Origin: the human T2T-CHM13v2.0 reference genome, Homo sapiens
Length of the DNA: 64,000 nt
NCBI RefSeq assembly: GCF_009914755.1
Contig: NC_060926.1
Strand: one strand, 5' to 3'
Both the position numbers and the translations under genes were made by a program. Positions 44,539-58,880 of this stretch are shown piece after piece. A model generated the notes under the pieces. It was not told the origin of the DNA. It saw only the letters and a program-made list of their open reading frames with translations, and ran no database searches. Every line of letters starts with the position of its first letter. The first letter of the stretch is position 1.

Positions 44539-46670
44539 ATGACAGGATCAGATTAACACATAACAACATTAACCTTAAATGTAAATGGGCTAAATGCCCT
44601 AATTAAAAGACACAGACTGGCAAATTGGTTAAATAATCAAGAACTATCAGTGTGTTATATTCAGGAGACCCATCTCACGTGGAAAGACACACACAGGCTC
44701 AAAATAAAGGGATGGAGGAATTTTTACCAAGTAAATGGAAAGCAAAAAAAAGCAGGGGTTTCAATCCTAGTCTCTCATAAAACAGACTTTAAACCAACAA
44801 AGATCAAAAAAGACAAAGAAAGGCATTACATAATAGTAAAGGGATCAACGCAACAAGAAAATCTAACTATCCTAAATATGTATGCACCCAGTAGAGGAGC
44901 GCCCAGATTCATAAAGCAAGTTCTTAGAGACCTACAAAGAGACTTAGACTCCCACACAATAATAGTGGGAGACTTTAACACCCCACTGTCAATATTAGAC
45001 AAATCAACGAGACAGAAAGTTAACAAGGATATTTAGAACTTGAACTCAGCTCTGTACCAAGCAGACCTAATAGACATCTGTAGAACTCTGCACCCCAAAT
45101 CAACAGAACATACATTTTATTAGCACCACATTGCACTTATTCTAAAATTGACCGCCTAATTGGAAGTAAAACACTCCTCAGCAAATGCAAAGTAACGGAA
45201 ATCATAACAAACAGTCTCTCAGACCACAGTGCAATCAAATTAGAATTTAGGATTAAGAAACTCACTCAAAACTGCACGATTGCATGGAAACTGAGCAACC
45301 TGCTCCTGAATGACTACTGGGTAAATAACGAAATTAAGGCAGAAATAAATAAGTTCTTTGAAACCAATGAGAACAAAGAGACAATGTACCAGAATCTCTG
45401 GGCCACGGCTAAAGCAGTGTTTAGAGGGAAATTTATAGCACTAAACACCCACAGGAGAAAGCGGGAAAGACCGAAGATTGACACCCTAACATCACAATTA
45501 AAAGAACTAGTGAAGCAAGAGCAAACAAAGTCAAAAGCTAGCAGAAGACAAGAAATAACTAAGATCAGAGCAGAACTGAAGGAGACAGAGACATGAAAAA
45601 TCCTTCAAAAAAATCATGAATCCAGGAGCTAGATTTTTGAAAAGATTAACAAAATAGACCACTAGCCAGATTAATAAAGAAGAAAATAGACAAGAATCAA
45701 ATAGACACAATAAAAAAATGATAAAGGGGAGATCAACACTGATGCCACAGAAATACAAACTATCATCAGAGAATACTATAAACACCTCTACGCAAATAAA
45801 CGAGAGAATCTGGAAGAAATGTATAAATTCCTGGACACATACACCCTCCCAAGACTAAACCAGGAAGAAGTCAAATCCCTGAATAGACCAATAACAAGTT
45901 CAGAAACTGAGGCAGTAATTAATAGCCTACTGACCAAAAAAAATCCCAGGACCAGACAGATTCACAGCTGAATTCTACCAGAGATAAAAAGGAGAGCTGG
46001 TACCACTCCTTCTGAAACTATTCCAAACAATACAAAAAGAGGGACTCCTCCCTAACCCATTTTATGAGGTTTGCATCATCCTGATACCAAAACCTGGCAG
46101 AGACACAACAAAAAAAATAAAATTCCAGGCCAATATCCCTGATGAACATCGATGTGAAAATCCTCAATAAAATACTGGCAAATTGAATCCAGAAGCACAT
46201 CAAAAAGTTTATTCACCATAATCAAGTCGGCTTCATCCCTGGGATGCAAGGCTTGTTCAACATATGCCAATCAATAGACGTAATGCATCACTTAAACAGA
46301 ACCAATGACAAAAACCACCCGATTATCTCAATAGATGGAGACAAGTTCTTTGATAAAATTCACCACCCCTTCATGCTAAATACTCTCAATAAAGTAGGTA
46401 TTGATGGAATGTATCTCAAAATAATAAGAACTATTTATGACAAACCCACATCCAATATCATACTGAATCGACAAAAGGTGGGAGCATTCCCTTTGAAAAC
46501 TGGCACAAGCCGAGGATGCTCTCTCCACTACTTCTATTCAACATAGTATTGGAAGTTTTGGCAGGGACAGTCAGACAAGAGAAATAAATAAACTGTATTC
46601 AAATAGGAAGAGAGGAAGTCAAATTGTCTGTGTTTGCAGATGATATGATTGTATATTTAGAAAACCCCAT
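44539..46670 (+). pseudogene. L1 ORF2p (endonuclease plus partial RT), disrupted
   Basis: ATGACAGGA start, IQETHL and IIVGDFNTPLS endonuclease motifs, multiple stops and frameshifts. Confidence 0.88.
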
Positions 46671-48591
46671 GTAGGGGTTTTCCCAGAGGAGCTCCCACAC
46701 TTGCAGATTTCTTGCTGAATTGGCTTTCCTCACCCCGTGCCTCATTTCACACTTGGCTTACCCCCTCAATGGCCAATACTTTCCCACTTGCTGTGCTCCT
46801 TATTCTAGGCTTCTAGGCTACCAGTTTTGAAGCCTATTAAAATACATCCTGCTATGTTCTCCTTATTTCTAAATTTTGCTTCTTCCCATCTGGAACGTTA
46901 ATTCTGGATGTAAATGTATAGGTAACAACCCCTTCGTTTAACAATTGTTGGGGTCATTCCCTTTGTGACTTGTCTTTTTTCTGCTCTCAGAGGCAGCCCA
47001 CATTGGCACAATCTAACACTACAGTAGACATCCAGCCTGCACCAGCTAATGAGCGCAAAACATTGCTCAATGATAACCAGGTGACTTTAGCTTACAAAAT
47101 CATTTCATTTTTTATAGCACAGATTTTAAGTGTCTAGTATCTAAATCACTTTCTTCAGCCCAAGGTTAGTCCAAGCAGTAAGACCCTGAGAGCACATGCC
47201 TGACATCAGAACTCTCATAAGACATTCAGGAAATACCATATACTGGGGAGGGTACAGACTCAAGAATATGATGGTAATGAAGACACGGAGGATTATAGAG
47301 CCCCAATAACTCAGCCAATGGCAAAATTATAAGTTAGAGATAGAAATAATTAGAAAGACACTCAGAAGAGCAAGTTCATAAAGAAAAGTCAAGATATAGG
47401 GAGAGAGCCATGAAATTGCCAGAAATAAACCTTACTAAGCTGGCGTTATGTTGAAAGGACTAAGGACCAGATAAGAACTCATTAATAGCATCACATCTCC
47501 TCCCTGTTATACAGTGTTGGACATTGCACCTTGTAAGAACCACATTCCTGGGGTTATTATTATTAATACCTAATGAGAAATTATATGAACTAAAACATAT
47601 TAAATATGCATAACATCTCAAAATATTGGTCTACAGTCTGGCAAATTAGAAACAGAGCTCTGGCTTTGACATTCACACAAGGGTAAGTCAAAATATAAGT
47701 TAAAATTAAAGTGAAAAATAGTTTGCTTTGGAAATAAAAGCATACATTATTTCTTAGTACAGAAAATCATATCAACCTTTTTTCTATTAGAAAAGTTTTG
47801 TTTCGTTCACAAAATGTATTGTGCATCATGAACCATATTTTAAATGTCTCCATCATTTTAAAATGTGTTCCTAGTAATGCATGTAAATGGCTTAAACATG
47901 AAAACCAAATGACACAATGATGATATACAGCTGTGCCTACATTGTATACATCTTCTATGACATATTTCACTTGCTCTCTCTATGGCAGTAAAAATCAAGG
48001 ATTCACTTTTTACTAGTTTAACCAAACACAAACTAAAAGCAATCGCTCTTTACTATTTTGACTGAACACAAACTAAGAGCATAGAAATCATTTTTAAAAA
48101 CTGTCACCTATAATATGCTGCCAATACATTATAATGGCAATTGCACATATCACATGTTCAGGCATTTACTATAGGGGGTTTACAGCGATGAAAACAAAAT
48201 GAACACAAGATATATTACATTGCATCTATTTAATGTATGTCAGTTTTTATTATATATGTTGGTCATAAGAAATAATTCTTACCTGACAACCATTATTTTT
48301 CCTGTCAGATTCTGGAAAACTAAGGCATACAAAGAAGTGACCCATTTTATTATGAAAAGAATGCCAAAATTTGTGTACTCTTAGCCTAGATCATGAATAT
48401 TTACCGGCTAAAGCTATCTCTGTATCTGCTTCAAAATTATCCTAATTGGAACAAGGAGTCAAATAGACAAATAAGCATAACAATTGCTTATACAGATAAT
48501 CAGTGTTTTCAGAGGAACTGAGAGAAAAGTTTCAGAAGACCATGAATATCCCAGTCTCTCCATCCCAGATTGACAGAGAACATTCTGATAT

Positions 48592-50700
48592 AAGAACAAG
48601 ACAAGGATGCCCACTCTCACCACTTCTATTCAACATAGTATTAGAAGTCCTGGCTGGAGCAATCAGGCAAGAGAAAGACATAAAAGGCATCTAAGTAGGA
48701 AGGGAGGAAGTCAAACTATCCCTATTTGTAGATGACTTAATTCTATATGGAGAAAACCCCATCGTCTCTGCCCAAAAGCTCCTTGAGCTAATAAGCAACT
48801 TCAGCAAAGTTTCAGGCTACAAATTCAATGTGTAAAACAGTAGCATTGCTATACACTAACAGCACCCAAGCCGAGAGTCAAATCAAGAACACCATCCCAT
48901 TCACAATTGCCAAAAAGAGTAAAATACCTAGGAATACAACTAATGAGGAAGGTGGACGATCTCTACAATGTGAATTACAAAATGCTGCTCAAAGAAATCA
49001 GAGATGACACAAACAAATGGAAAAACATTCCATGCTCATGGATAGGAAGAATCAATATCGTAAAAATGGCCTTACTGGCCAAAGCAATGTACAGACTCAA
49101 GCTATTCCTGTCAAACTACCAATGACATTTTTCACAGAACTAGAAAAATCTATTCTAAAATTCATATGGAACCAAAAAAGAACCTGAATATCCAAAGCAA
49201 TCCTAAGCAGAAAGAACAAAGCTGGAGGAATTACATTGCTAGACTTCAAACTGTACTACAAGTAACAGTAATCAAAACAGCCTGGTACTGCTGCAAAAAC
49301 AGACACATAAACCAGAGGAACAGAATAGAGGGCCCAGAAATAAAGCCACACACCTACAACCGTGTGATATTTGATGAAGCTGACAAAAATAAGCAATGGG
49401 GAAAGGGCTCCCTATTCAATAAATGGTGCTGGGATAACTGGTTAGCCATATGCAGAAGACTGAACCTGGGCCCCTTCCTTACACAATATACAAAAATCAA
49501 CTCATAATGGATTAAGTATATAAATGTAAAACCTAAAACTATAAAAACCTTGGAAGATAACCTAGGAAATGCCATTTTGGACACAGAAACTGGCAAAGAT
49601 TTCATGACAGAAACACCAAAAACAATTGCAACAAAAGCAAAAGTTGATAAATGGGACCTAATTACAGGAAAGAGCTTCTGGCGCAACGAAAGAAACTCTC
49701 AACAAAGTAAACAGACAACCTACAGAATTAAAGAAAATATTTGCAAACTATACACCTGACAAAGATCCGGAATCTATACATCTGACAAAGATCCAGAATC
49801 TATAAGAAATTTAAACAAATGTACAAGCAAAATCAAACAATCCAATTAAGTGAGCAAAGGACACGAGCAGACATTTTTCAAAGAAGACATACATACAGCC
49901 CACAAGCATATGAAAAAATGCTCAATATCACTCATCATTAGAGAAATGCAAATCAAAATCACAATAAGATACCATCTCATACCAGTCAGAATGGCTACTA
50001 TGATAAAGTTAAAAAAAAAGAACAACAGATGCTGGTGAGGTTGCTGAAAAAGGGGAACGCTTATACACTGCTAGTGGGAGTGTAAATTAGGTTAACCATT
50101 GTGGAAAGCAGTGTAGCAATTCCTCAAAGAACTAAAAATAGAACTACCATTCGATCCAGCAATCCCACTACTGGGTATATACCCAAAGGAATATAAATTG
50201 TTCTACTGTAAAGACGCATGCCTGCATACGTTCATCACAGCACTATTCACAATAACAAAGACATGGAGCCAAGCTAAATGCCCATCAACAGTAGACTGGA
50301 TAAAGAAAATGTGGTACATGTAAAGCATGGAATACTATGTAGCCATAAAGAAAGAATGAGATCATGTCCTTTGCAGAAACACAGGTGGAACTGGAGGTCA
50401 TTATCCTTAGCAAACTAACAAAGGAACAGAAAACCAATGCTGCATGTTCTCACTTTTCAGTGGGAGCTAAATAGTGAGAACACATGGACACATAGAGGGA
50501 AACAATAGACATTGGGACCAACTTGAGGGAGGAGGAGAGGAGGACGGAGAGGTTCGGAAAACAAAATGATCAGGTACTATGCTTAGGACCTGGGTGATGA
50601 AGTAATCTGTACCCCAGGCTCCTGAGTCACAAGTTTACCTATATAACAAACCTGCACATGTACCCTTAAACCTAAAATAAAAATTAAAATATTAAAAAGA
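48592..50700 (+). mobile_element. 5'-truncated older L1PA (L1PA13-16-like), ORF2 3' half plus 3' UTR
   Basis: [18 protein letters not shown] and [18 protein letters not shown] motifs. 3' UTR GGTACTATGCTTAG.ACCTGGGTGATGAA.TAATCTGTAC, followed by an A-rich tail. Confidence 0.9.
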
Positions 50701-51929
50701 AGAATAGCTGAAGTACAATGTTAGCCAAAGCTTTTAAAGGCAACTGTAGAGCACATAAAGGCATTGGTGAGTAGAGGCAGAGAAGTGAAACAAAGAGGTG
50801 AATTTAAAGGTCTGTCTGGTAAAACTTGTTTTTAGTAATGAATTCTTGAAAACCTACCCTCACATAGAATATTTGAACAGTTTAATATTATTTTTGGGTG
50901 GTCGTTGTTGGAAATATTGCTTATTTTAGATTCCTGTTATTAATAAGTAGCTATTAAGCCACATGCCTTATAAATAAACCTAATAGGATTAAGACAATAA
51001 CAGTTGGGTTTGCTTTCCTGCCCAAGCACGCTTCTAAAAAAACCAAATGGCCAAGTAAAATGAATCATAATTACTGAAGTACACAGGTCGACTTCCTGCT
51101 GAAACCCTGGTGTATAGGTTACAGAGAATTGATCCTGGCACTGGTACATGCCTAAAACATGTCAACCTATGTACTAAGTCTATGTGAAGAGAACATTTAT
51201 CTCAATTAAATATCTAACTCATTCTAAAAATAACATTTATTTAACATTTAACATTGATAATTCAGATCACTTATGCCAAACTGAAAACTATGCAGATGAT
51301 TTCTGATATTCAGAAAAGGCTATGGGTTGCTGTTATCGCGTCAAGGAAAATGAGATTGAATTAATAAAGGCAGAATAATGCTGATGGCATATGTATTTGT
51401 AAAAGAATAGACACTCTTCTGCAGCACTCAGTAAAGGGTGGTGCTGATATCATCCTACATGATCCTTTGTTCTCATTCCATTTCCCTGGAGCCAAATAAA
51501 CAGGACATCTTACATTATCTTCTTGATCAGGCTTTTAGTTCTGAGCAGCCTCCATTGCTACCTTTGCTCCTTGATTGACAGTCCATTCTAATATTGATTC
51601 TTTAACTTCTGATTTATTGTTTTTGTTTTATCTCATTTCAGAATTCCATCCCCTTTGTGGTCTTTGGTCCTGGTGCTTAACATTATTTTCTCAGATTTCC
51701 CTCACCAGCCCTGATTAGATGATTCTTCCTAGCCCCTCATCCCTATGGCTGTGCTCTCTCAGGTACAGTCATCTTGCCCTTCCCACCACCACTCACATGA
51801 GTACTCAGCTTGGGCGCTGTCCTTGACCCTAAGAATGGGAACAAGAAGTGGGGTTCGTAAAGTCCAGATGTCTTTCTTAGTTTAAACCTGAGGATATTAA
51901 TTTAACTGTGCTTTTCAAAGGCAAAACAA

Positions 51930-52120
51930 CACTTGGAATATTAATTGGGTACCTACAGTGTACCAAGCATATTAGAAAGCTTTATCTTAATCTAATCACA
52001 TCCATGAGAGATCCCTAAGATTATATCTTCATATTTTTACCTGAGGAAACTGAGTTTTAGGTAAAAAAGTTTAAATAATGCAACTGAGATTGCCCATCAA
52101 TAAATGATGGGGCCAGGAAA
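51930..52120 (-). mobile_element. MIR
   Basis: TACCTACAGTGTACCAAGCA..TTTACCTGAGGAAACTGAG core. Confidence 0.6.
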
Positions 52121-52449
52121 AAATTACCTGTCTCCAAAAAGTTGAATACCTTGATATTTAAGTTGGATATCATGATATTTAACCCCAAAATGATTATCTG
52201 AAAATTGACTGAATTTATACAAGTAGACGGACTATGAACACTTTACCAATGGTAAACACACATACATACATATGGAGAGGGGGAATATCGCTATGAGTCA
52301 TCTAGTGGTAAGCTGGCTCTTACCCAAGGGGAACTAGGACAGTGAGAATCTGGATTTAATCCCACTACTCTTATACTTGGTGTCTCCATCATCTAATGCA
52401 TCATGATTTGCTACACATTTTATGGTGGTCTGGTTGCTTCATTAAAATG

Positions 52450-52985
<536 letters not shown>

Positions 52986-54282
52986 ATTATTTATTTATAG
53001 TAGTACAGAAGGTGTCACTCTTTTTGTTAGCTGCTCAAAGATGAATTGTCTTGGCAAATGTATAATCCATTTAGCTATTTTTTCTTTAGTTATTTCTGTT
53101 TCTGTTTACTGTTTTACAAATTCACAAGCATACTGAGGACATGGCTTCCCTCTAGTGCATGCATGCTCTGTGAACACCTAGAAAGTATTTGCTGCTCAAC
53201 AATTTCTATGAGTGTCCAGGAAAACTTGCAAATATAGGAAGTTTATAAGTTGCTTTGTTATTGGTCAAAGAATAACTTTCAGGCTGTGTATTATTCCGAT
53301 ATTTTATAATAGCATCTTTTTACTTAGAAACTTTTCTGACAGCAGTTCCTTGATCCATATTGTGCTCTATAAACCTGAGCTCTGGTAACTAAAATTTAAA
53401 AGTTAAAATTTTTCATTTTGGCCAAACCATAATTTGGCTGCTCTGTTCATACTCACAGATGAGTTATATGTCCACAACCTTATAACCAAAAGAGAGGATT
53501 TAATCTAAACCTCTCATTAATTTAAAACAGCAGAAAACAGGGAACTCTGTTCTAGCAGTGGTGTACTTGGAATTTTGGAATCAATTTTTTCTACTGAGAA
53601 CAAATAGGAAACCTGAATTAAATGTAAAAAACAATTGTTTAAGGAAATCAGAAAGCTACCACGGTGCCAAGAATGTGTTTGGATCGTATCTAGAAGAGGA
53701 GAGATGCCCACAGAGGTAAACAAGGCATTTTGTACAACTTTGTTTTTTCTTGATTGACTATCGATTATAAAGGACATGAAGAGCCAGGTAGAGCTTTATA
53801 GAAATTTATATGAATCATGGAATAAAAGTTGAAGTTTAGGGCCACAAGTGAGTGGCACCTATTAAGGGTAATCCAGAAATAGATTATCCTTCTTAAAGAA
53901 CAAAACCAAGTTTTGAATTTTATTCATCCCAGATTGAGATGATTTCCTTAGCCTAGATGCATATCAGAAATAAAAGTAAGTTATTCCTATAGAAGATAAT
54001 TTTATAGACAGCTTCAAGTTATCTCTGTAATTTGTCATATACAATATGTAAGATTTTTTTCAAAAATGATCAGGCACACAATTGAAGACCAAGCTACATC
54101 TAAACTGGACATTTTTTTTTTAAAAAAGACAATAGAAATGAACTCATAAGAGAGACAGATAATGGAGTTATTATATATCAACTTTAAGATGTTACATGAT
54201 TAATTTACTCAAGTAATTAAAGATTGGGAATTTTATCACAGAACAGGAAACTATAAACAACCAAGTATAAAATCAAGAACTG

Positions 54283-54650
54283 TGTCTTAGTCCATTCAGA
54301 CTGCTATAACAGAACACCATAGACTGAGTGGCTTATAAATAAAAAAAAAATGTGTTTCTCACAGTTCTGGAGGGTGGAAAGTCCAAGACCAAGATGCTGG
54401 CAGATTCAGTGTCTGGTGGAGGCCCACTTCCCGGTTCATGGATTGCAGTCCTCTTGCTGTGTCCTTATATTGTGGAAGGGGCAAGGGAGCTCTCTGGGGT
54501 CTCTTTTATAGGGACACTAATCTCATTCATGAGGGTGTCACTCTCATGACTTTATCATCTCTTGTAAAGACCAAGTCCAAATATCACCACATTGAGGATT
54601 AGGTTTTCACACTGAATTTTGGGGAGGACATAAACCTTCATTCTATAGCA
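54283..54650 (-). mobile_element. MLT1A/MLT1A0 MaLR solo LTR
   Basis: TGTCTTAGTCCATTCAG.CTGCTATAACA..TTTCTCACAGTTCTGGAGG..TCTATAGCA; TSD AACTG/AGCTG. Confidence 0.85.
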
Positions 54651-56671
54651 AGCTGAATATTATAATAATGGAAACAACTAACAAATAAAATTAACATTCT
54701 ATTAGATACTGCTTAAATTACAGTTAAGGACCAGAAGATGTGCAAGAAATGTAAATATTGAAAACATGTCTAAGAAAAAAGGATAGCATAGATACAAAAA
54801 AGAAAAAAAATCATATTGAAACAGAGTAAAAATATCTAGTGTAAGATGAAAATGTGAAACAGAGTAGGGCTGAAGCAATATTTGAATAGATAATAAACGA
54901 CCAATTTCAAAAAGGCAAGATTGTAAAACAGCAACAAAATTCCAGATATAATTATGGTAAAACTGCTAAAAATATATTATCTCAAAAGCAGTCAGTGAAA
55001 AACGGCACATTATCTTCAAAAGAGCACCAATAAGACTGACAGCTGACTACTCAACAGAAGTGATGGAAGCCAAAGGAAAATCAAAATGATATTTTGAAAG
55101 AATAACAAGATAATAACTGAAAACAATTACGTATCAAAAAATGATCCTTAAAAATGCAAGTTAGAATAAACATTGTTTTTTAGATAAACAAAACTAGAGA
55201 GATTTTGTATATGGCAGACCTGCACTAAAGAAGGTAAGAGATGATGTTCTTCAGATAGAATGAAAGCAGTCTCAGGTGGATAATTCGAGATTTTTGAGAG
55301 AATGAAGAACAATCTAAATGGTAAATATGTAAGTAAATCTAAAAAATATGAACTGTATGTAACAAAAATAATAAATTATTGAGGCTTAAAATATAATGAG
55401 AGAAATTACTTGAGAAGAAGACCACATAGCTTGGGATGATGATTAATAGAATGAAGGCCATTGAATAGTGTAGAAAGTGACAATAGTACTTTTTTACATT
55501 AGAGGTTAATAAAATGTAGATATGTGGTAATCACTATGATAAGCACTAAATAAAATGTGTAACTCATGACCTAATGAAAATAAAAAGAAACAGTTTAATA
55601 AAACTATTTTAACAACCAGAAAGGCAATAATAAATAAATAGATGAAATAATCTCCTAGTAGATGGGGCAAAAAGAAGGCAAATAGTAAGGTGAAAGTTCT
55701 ATATCTATATATCTATATTAGTAATAGTATTAATATAAATGGGTTAAACACTCCATTTAAATATGGATTATTAAATTTGGTGAAAAAGAGCAGATATGTG
55801 CTTCTTATAAGACACACTTTCAATATAAAAACAGTAATATTTCATTACCTGCAAAGATTGGTAAATTGAACTACAGTGACATTAGAAATTTTTCACCACA
55901 ATGTCATTAACAGAATATAAATATGTCACAAAATGGGAACATAATTGACACACATATATGTTTTGTACATAACCCTACAATAGAAAAGAGAAATTTTACT
56001 CAACAGAAAAAAATGGTGAGAGAGTAGAATAGGTATTTCACACATATGCAGATACTCAAATGGCTATACAGATGTTTGACATTGCTACTTCTCAGGAAAT
56101 TAGAAGCACAATTTTGGCCAATGCAGGCATACAGTCTAAAATTGATGAAAATTAAAAAGACTGATATACTGCTGTGCTAAGTGTTCATTGCTACAGACAC
56201 TTTGAAAAACCATTATTATCTACTAAATTTGAAAATATAGGTAGGTGAGGAGGAAGGTAGTACATAGATAGAGCTTTTACTACCTAGCAATTTTATTAAT
56301 TAACCACACACTACACACACATACATGGACAATCACACGCATACATTTCACACATTTTATGTAAAATACATGTATAAAATGTTCATAACAGCATTAACCA
56401 AAATAGTGCAAACAAATAAATTATTTGTCTACTTCAGAATAAAACTAAATTGCAGAATATTCAATATTGAAATAGTATAGAATGAAAAGAATAAAGGCAA
56501 CAAACTGTTGCCAAACAAAACAACATGAAGGAATATTTCAAAGTATTGCAAAAACAGATGCCAGAAAAATGATCTGTAATAAGAAGTCCTTTATATAAAC
56601 ATCAAAAGGAGACAAAACTAATCCATGGTGTTAGCAGTAAGAATAATAATGACCTTTAAAAAGAAGGAATG

Positions 56672-57222
56672 TATTGTGAATAGTGCTGCAATAAACATAG
56701 GTGTGCATGTGTCTTTATAGTAGCATGATTTATAATCCTTTGGGTATATACCCAGCAATGGGATTGCTGGGTCAAATGGTATTTCTAGTTCTAGATCCTA
56801 AGACTTGGAACCAACCCAAATGTCCATCAGTGATAGACTGGATTAAGAAAATGTGGCACATGTACACCATGGAATGCTATGCAGCCATGGAAAAGGATGA
56901 GTTCATGTTTTTTGTAGGGACATGGATGAAGCTGGAAACCATCATTCTAAGCAAACTATTGCAAGGACAGAAAACCAAACACCGCAGGTTCTCACTCATA
57001 GGTGGGAATTGAACAATGAGAACACTTGGACACAGAGTGGGGAACATCACACACCAGGGCCTGTCATGGGGTCGGGGGCTGGGGGAGGGATAGCATTAGG
57101 AGAAATACCTAATGTAAATGACGAGTTAATGGGTGCAGCAAAACAACACGGCACATGTACACATATGTAACAAACCTGCACGTTGTGCACATGTACCCTA
57201 GAACTTAAAGTATAATAATAAT
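56672..57222 (+). mobile_element. L1PA (L1PA4-6-like) 3' end with 5' inversion (inverted segment ~56672-56799)
   Basis: An antisense L1 segment is followed by a sense segment running to the poly(A) tail. 17-bp TSD AAAAAGAAGGA(A/G)TGTAT. Confidence 0.93.
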
Positions 57223-58654
57223 AAAAAGAAGGAGTGTATAGTGATGCAGGAATGAATAGGGTGTGTTCTGGAGTATAATATTGTAATACTCTAATTTTTT
57301 AGCCTAGATGATAGTTATATGGGCTTGGTCTTTTTGTGATAATTCATGGAGCTATACAATGACAAGTTTTGCCTTGCTATATTTTTGTGTTATATTCCAA
57401 TAAAAGTTTATGTAAAAATAGCAAAAATGACAGGACAGACATTTTCACTTTCCTCTTGTCTGTTTTTTTTTCTTAGGAAATGAAGGCTATACTTTCATAT
57501 CAAAGTTGTCAGTTAATGGATAGAGACTGGCCTTGTCTGCTTCATAATATACATGTTGTATTTAGAATCTGGAGTCTCTGAGAATGCTTTACGTGTGCAA
57601 TGAACCTTGTATTTCAACTCAATTATTTATTCTGTTTTTAAACTATGATCTCCTCAGCAGACATTTTATTTGATATTTGCATCTTTTATAGTCAAGAAAT
57701 GTTAAGAATTCATTTAATCACTAATTCAACTTATATTTATTGAGAACCTGCTATGTACTGTTTAGCATTCTACCATTCTTTGTGTTGGGATTAATTATCA
57801 GGATGGAACAGGCTGCTGTTCTTGTGGATTGATTGTAGATAGCTACTCTTTCCTAAATCCACTATGGAGGGGCCATTTCTTTTCCATGGTGCATCATTGA
57901 AGTCCTAAAGGATCAAAATAAAAAGTAAAAAATGTCCAGAGTCCCAGTAAATATGTTGCCTTTAAAAGTACCCCTCAGATGGACAGGATTATCTAGAGTT
58001 CTCTAAGGCACCATTTTCCATTTTAGAAATGTTTCTGGTTAGAGTGCTGATACAAAAAGAAATCTCTAGAGAGAATGGCATTTCCTTCTGGATCAAAGTT
58101 ATTAATAATCATAGTTTTAGTCTTGAACCTCTTATTGTTCCAGGAAGACAAGCTAGTGTTCCTGTAATATAGAACCTCTCAAGTCATCTGCATCACTGTG
58201 TGTGTCAGGAGATGGAACCATGGCTGCTGGTGGTAGTGATAGCTCACAGCACTCACACTTCATCATTTAATCAATACCACGATGAAAAGTTGAAGGCTAA
58301 GTGGTATCCTGTTCAGAAAGGAAAAAATGTTACCATGCTGTATGTGAACAAAATTTTCAGTGTCCGGCAACTCTTACAGATGGAAACATTAAATTAATTA
58401 TAGGGGGAAGATCCAGTCTGCCTATAAAATTTTGAATACCCCCAAACACTTCTTTATTCAAAAGTAACTGCTGCAGTCAATAACAATGCCTGAAAACCAC
58501 TCTTAGAGTCACTGCTTGGAATTATTTTCTTAACACTTCTTATAAAAGGTAAATTCCCTTGGAAGACATAATAATTCATTTACACTAAGATGTTAATGAC
58601 CATTCTCAGAAGATTATTTACCAACTGAGAAGGGCAAAGAACGATGGACTTTTC

Positions 58655-58880
58655 TAGAGTGTAGCATAAGGGAAGACACTCTTTCTTAGAGTCAGGGAAA
58701 CCTGAGTTTAAATCCTGCCTCTGGAATGTTCTGTTTATGTGATGTTGAACACATTACATGATTACTCTGAACCACAAGGTTGTGTAAAAAAGAGGAATAA
58801 AACACTTTGTTCATGAGGTTCTTGTAAGAAGCAAGTTAATCAATGAAATGCATGTAGCATTATACATTTAGTAGAACGCT
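58655..58880 (+). mobile_element. MIR
   Basis: AGAGTCAGGGAAACCTGAGTTTAAATCCTGCCTCTG..TGTGATGTTGAACA..GAGGTTCTTGTAAG. Confidence 0.65.

Larger units (their letters stand above)
42125..46670 (+). mobile_element. L1PA (L1PA7/8-like): 5' UTR, ORF1 and 5' part of ORF2; 3' truncated
   Basis: Starts GGCAAGATGGCC-AATAGGAACAGCTCCGGTCTGCAGCTCCCAG. ORF1 and ORF2 fragments appear in the track. Ends just after the RT FADD motif (46633-46644). Confidence 0.93.
53560..57420 (+). mobile_element. Very old degenerate L1 (L1M/L1ME) hosting MLT1A and L1PA inserts
   Basis: ORF1-like ATAAGACTGACAGCTGACTACTCAACAGAA..ATGGAAGCCA near 55030, ORF2-start-like TAAATGGGTTAAACACTCCA near 55740, and L1ME-like 3' UTR at 56500-57420. 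Confidence 0.55.

Noticed and set aside
42125-50700. Single full-length active L1
   Set aside because: Two diverged elements with a non-L1 spacer. The ORF1 start is mutated and ORF2 has many stops and frameshifts.
58200-58397. 65-aa ORF with a short hydrophobic N-terminus
   Set aside because: Non-ATG track start, no recognisable homology and no supporting gene structure.
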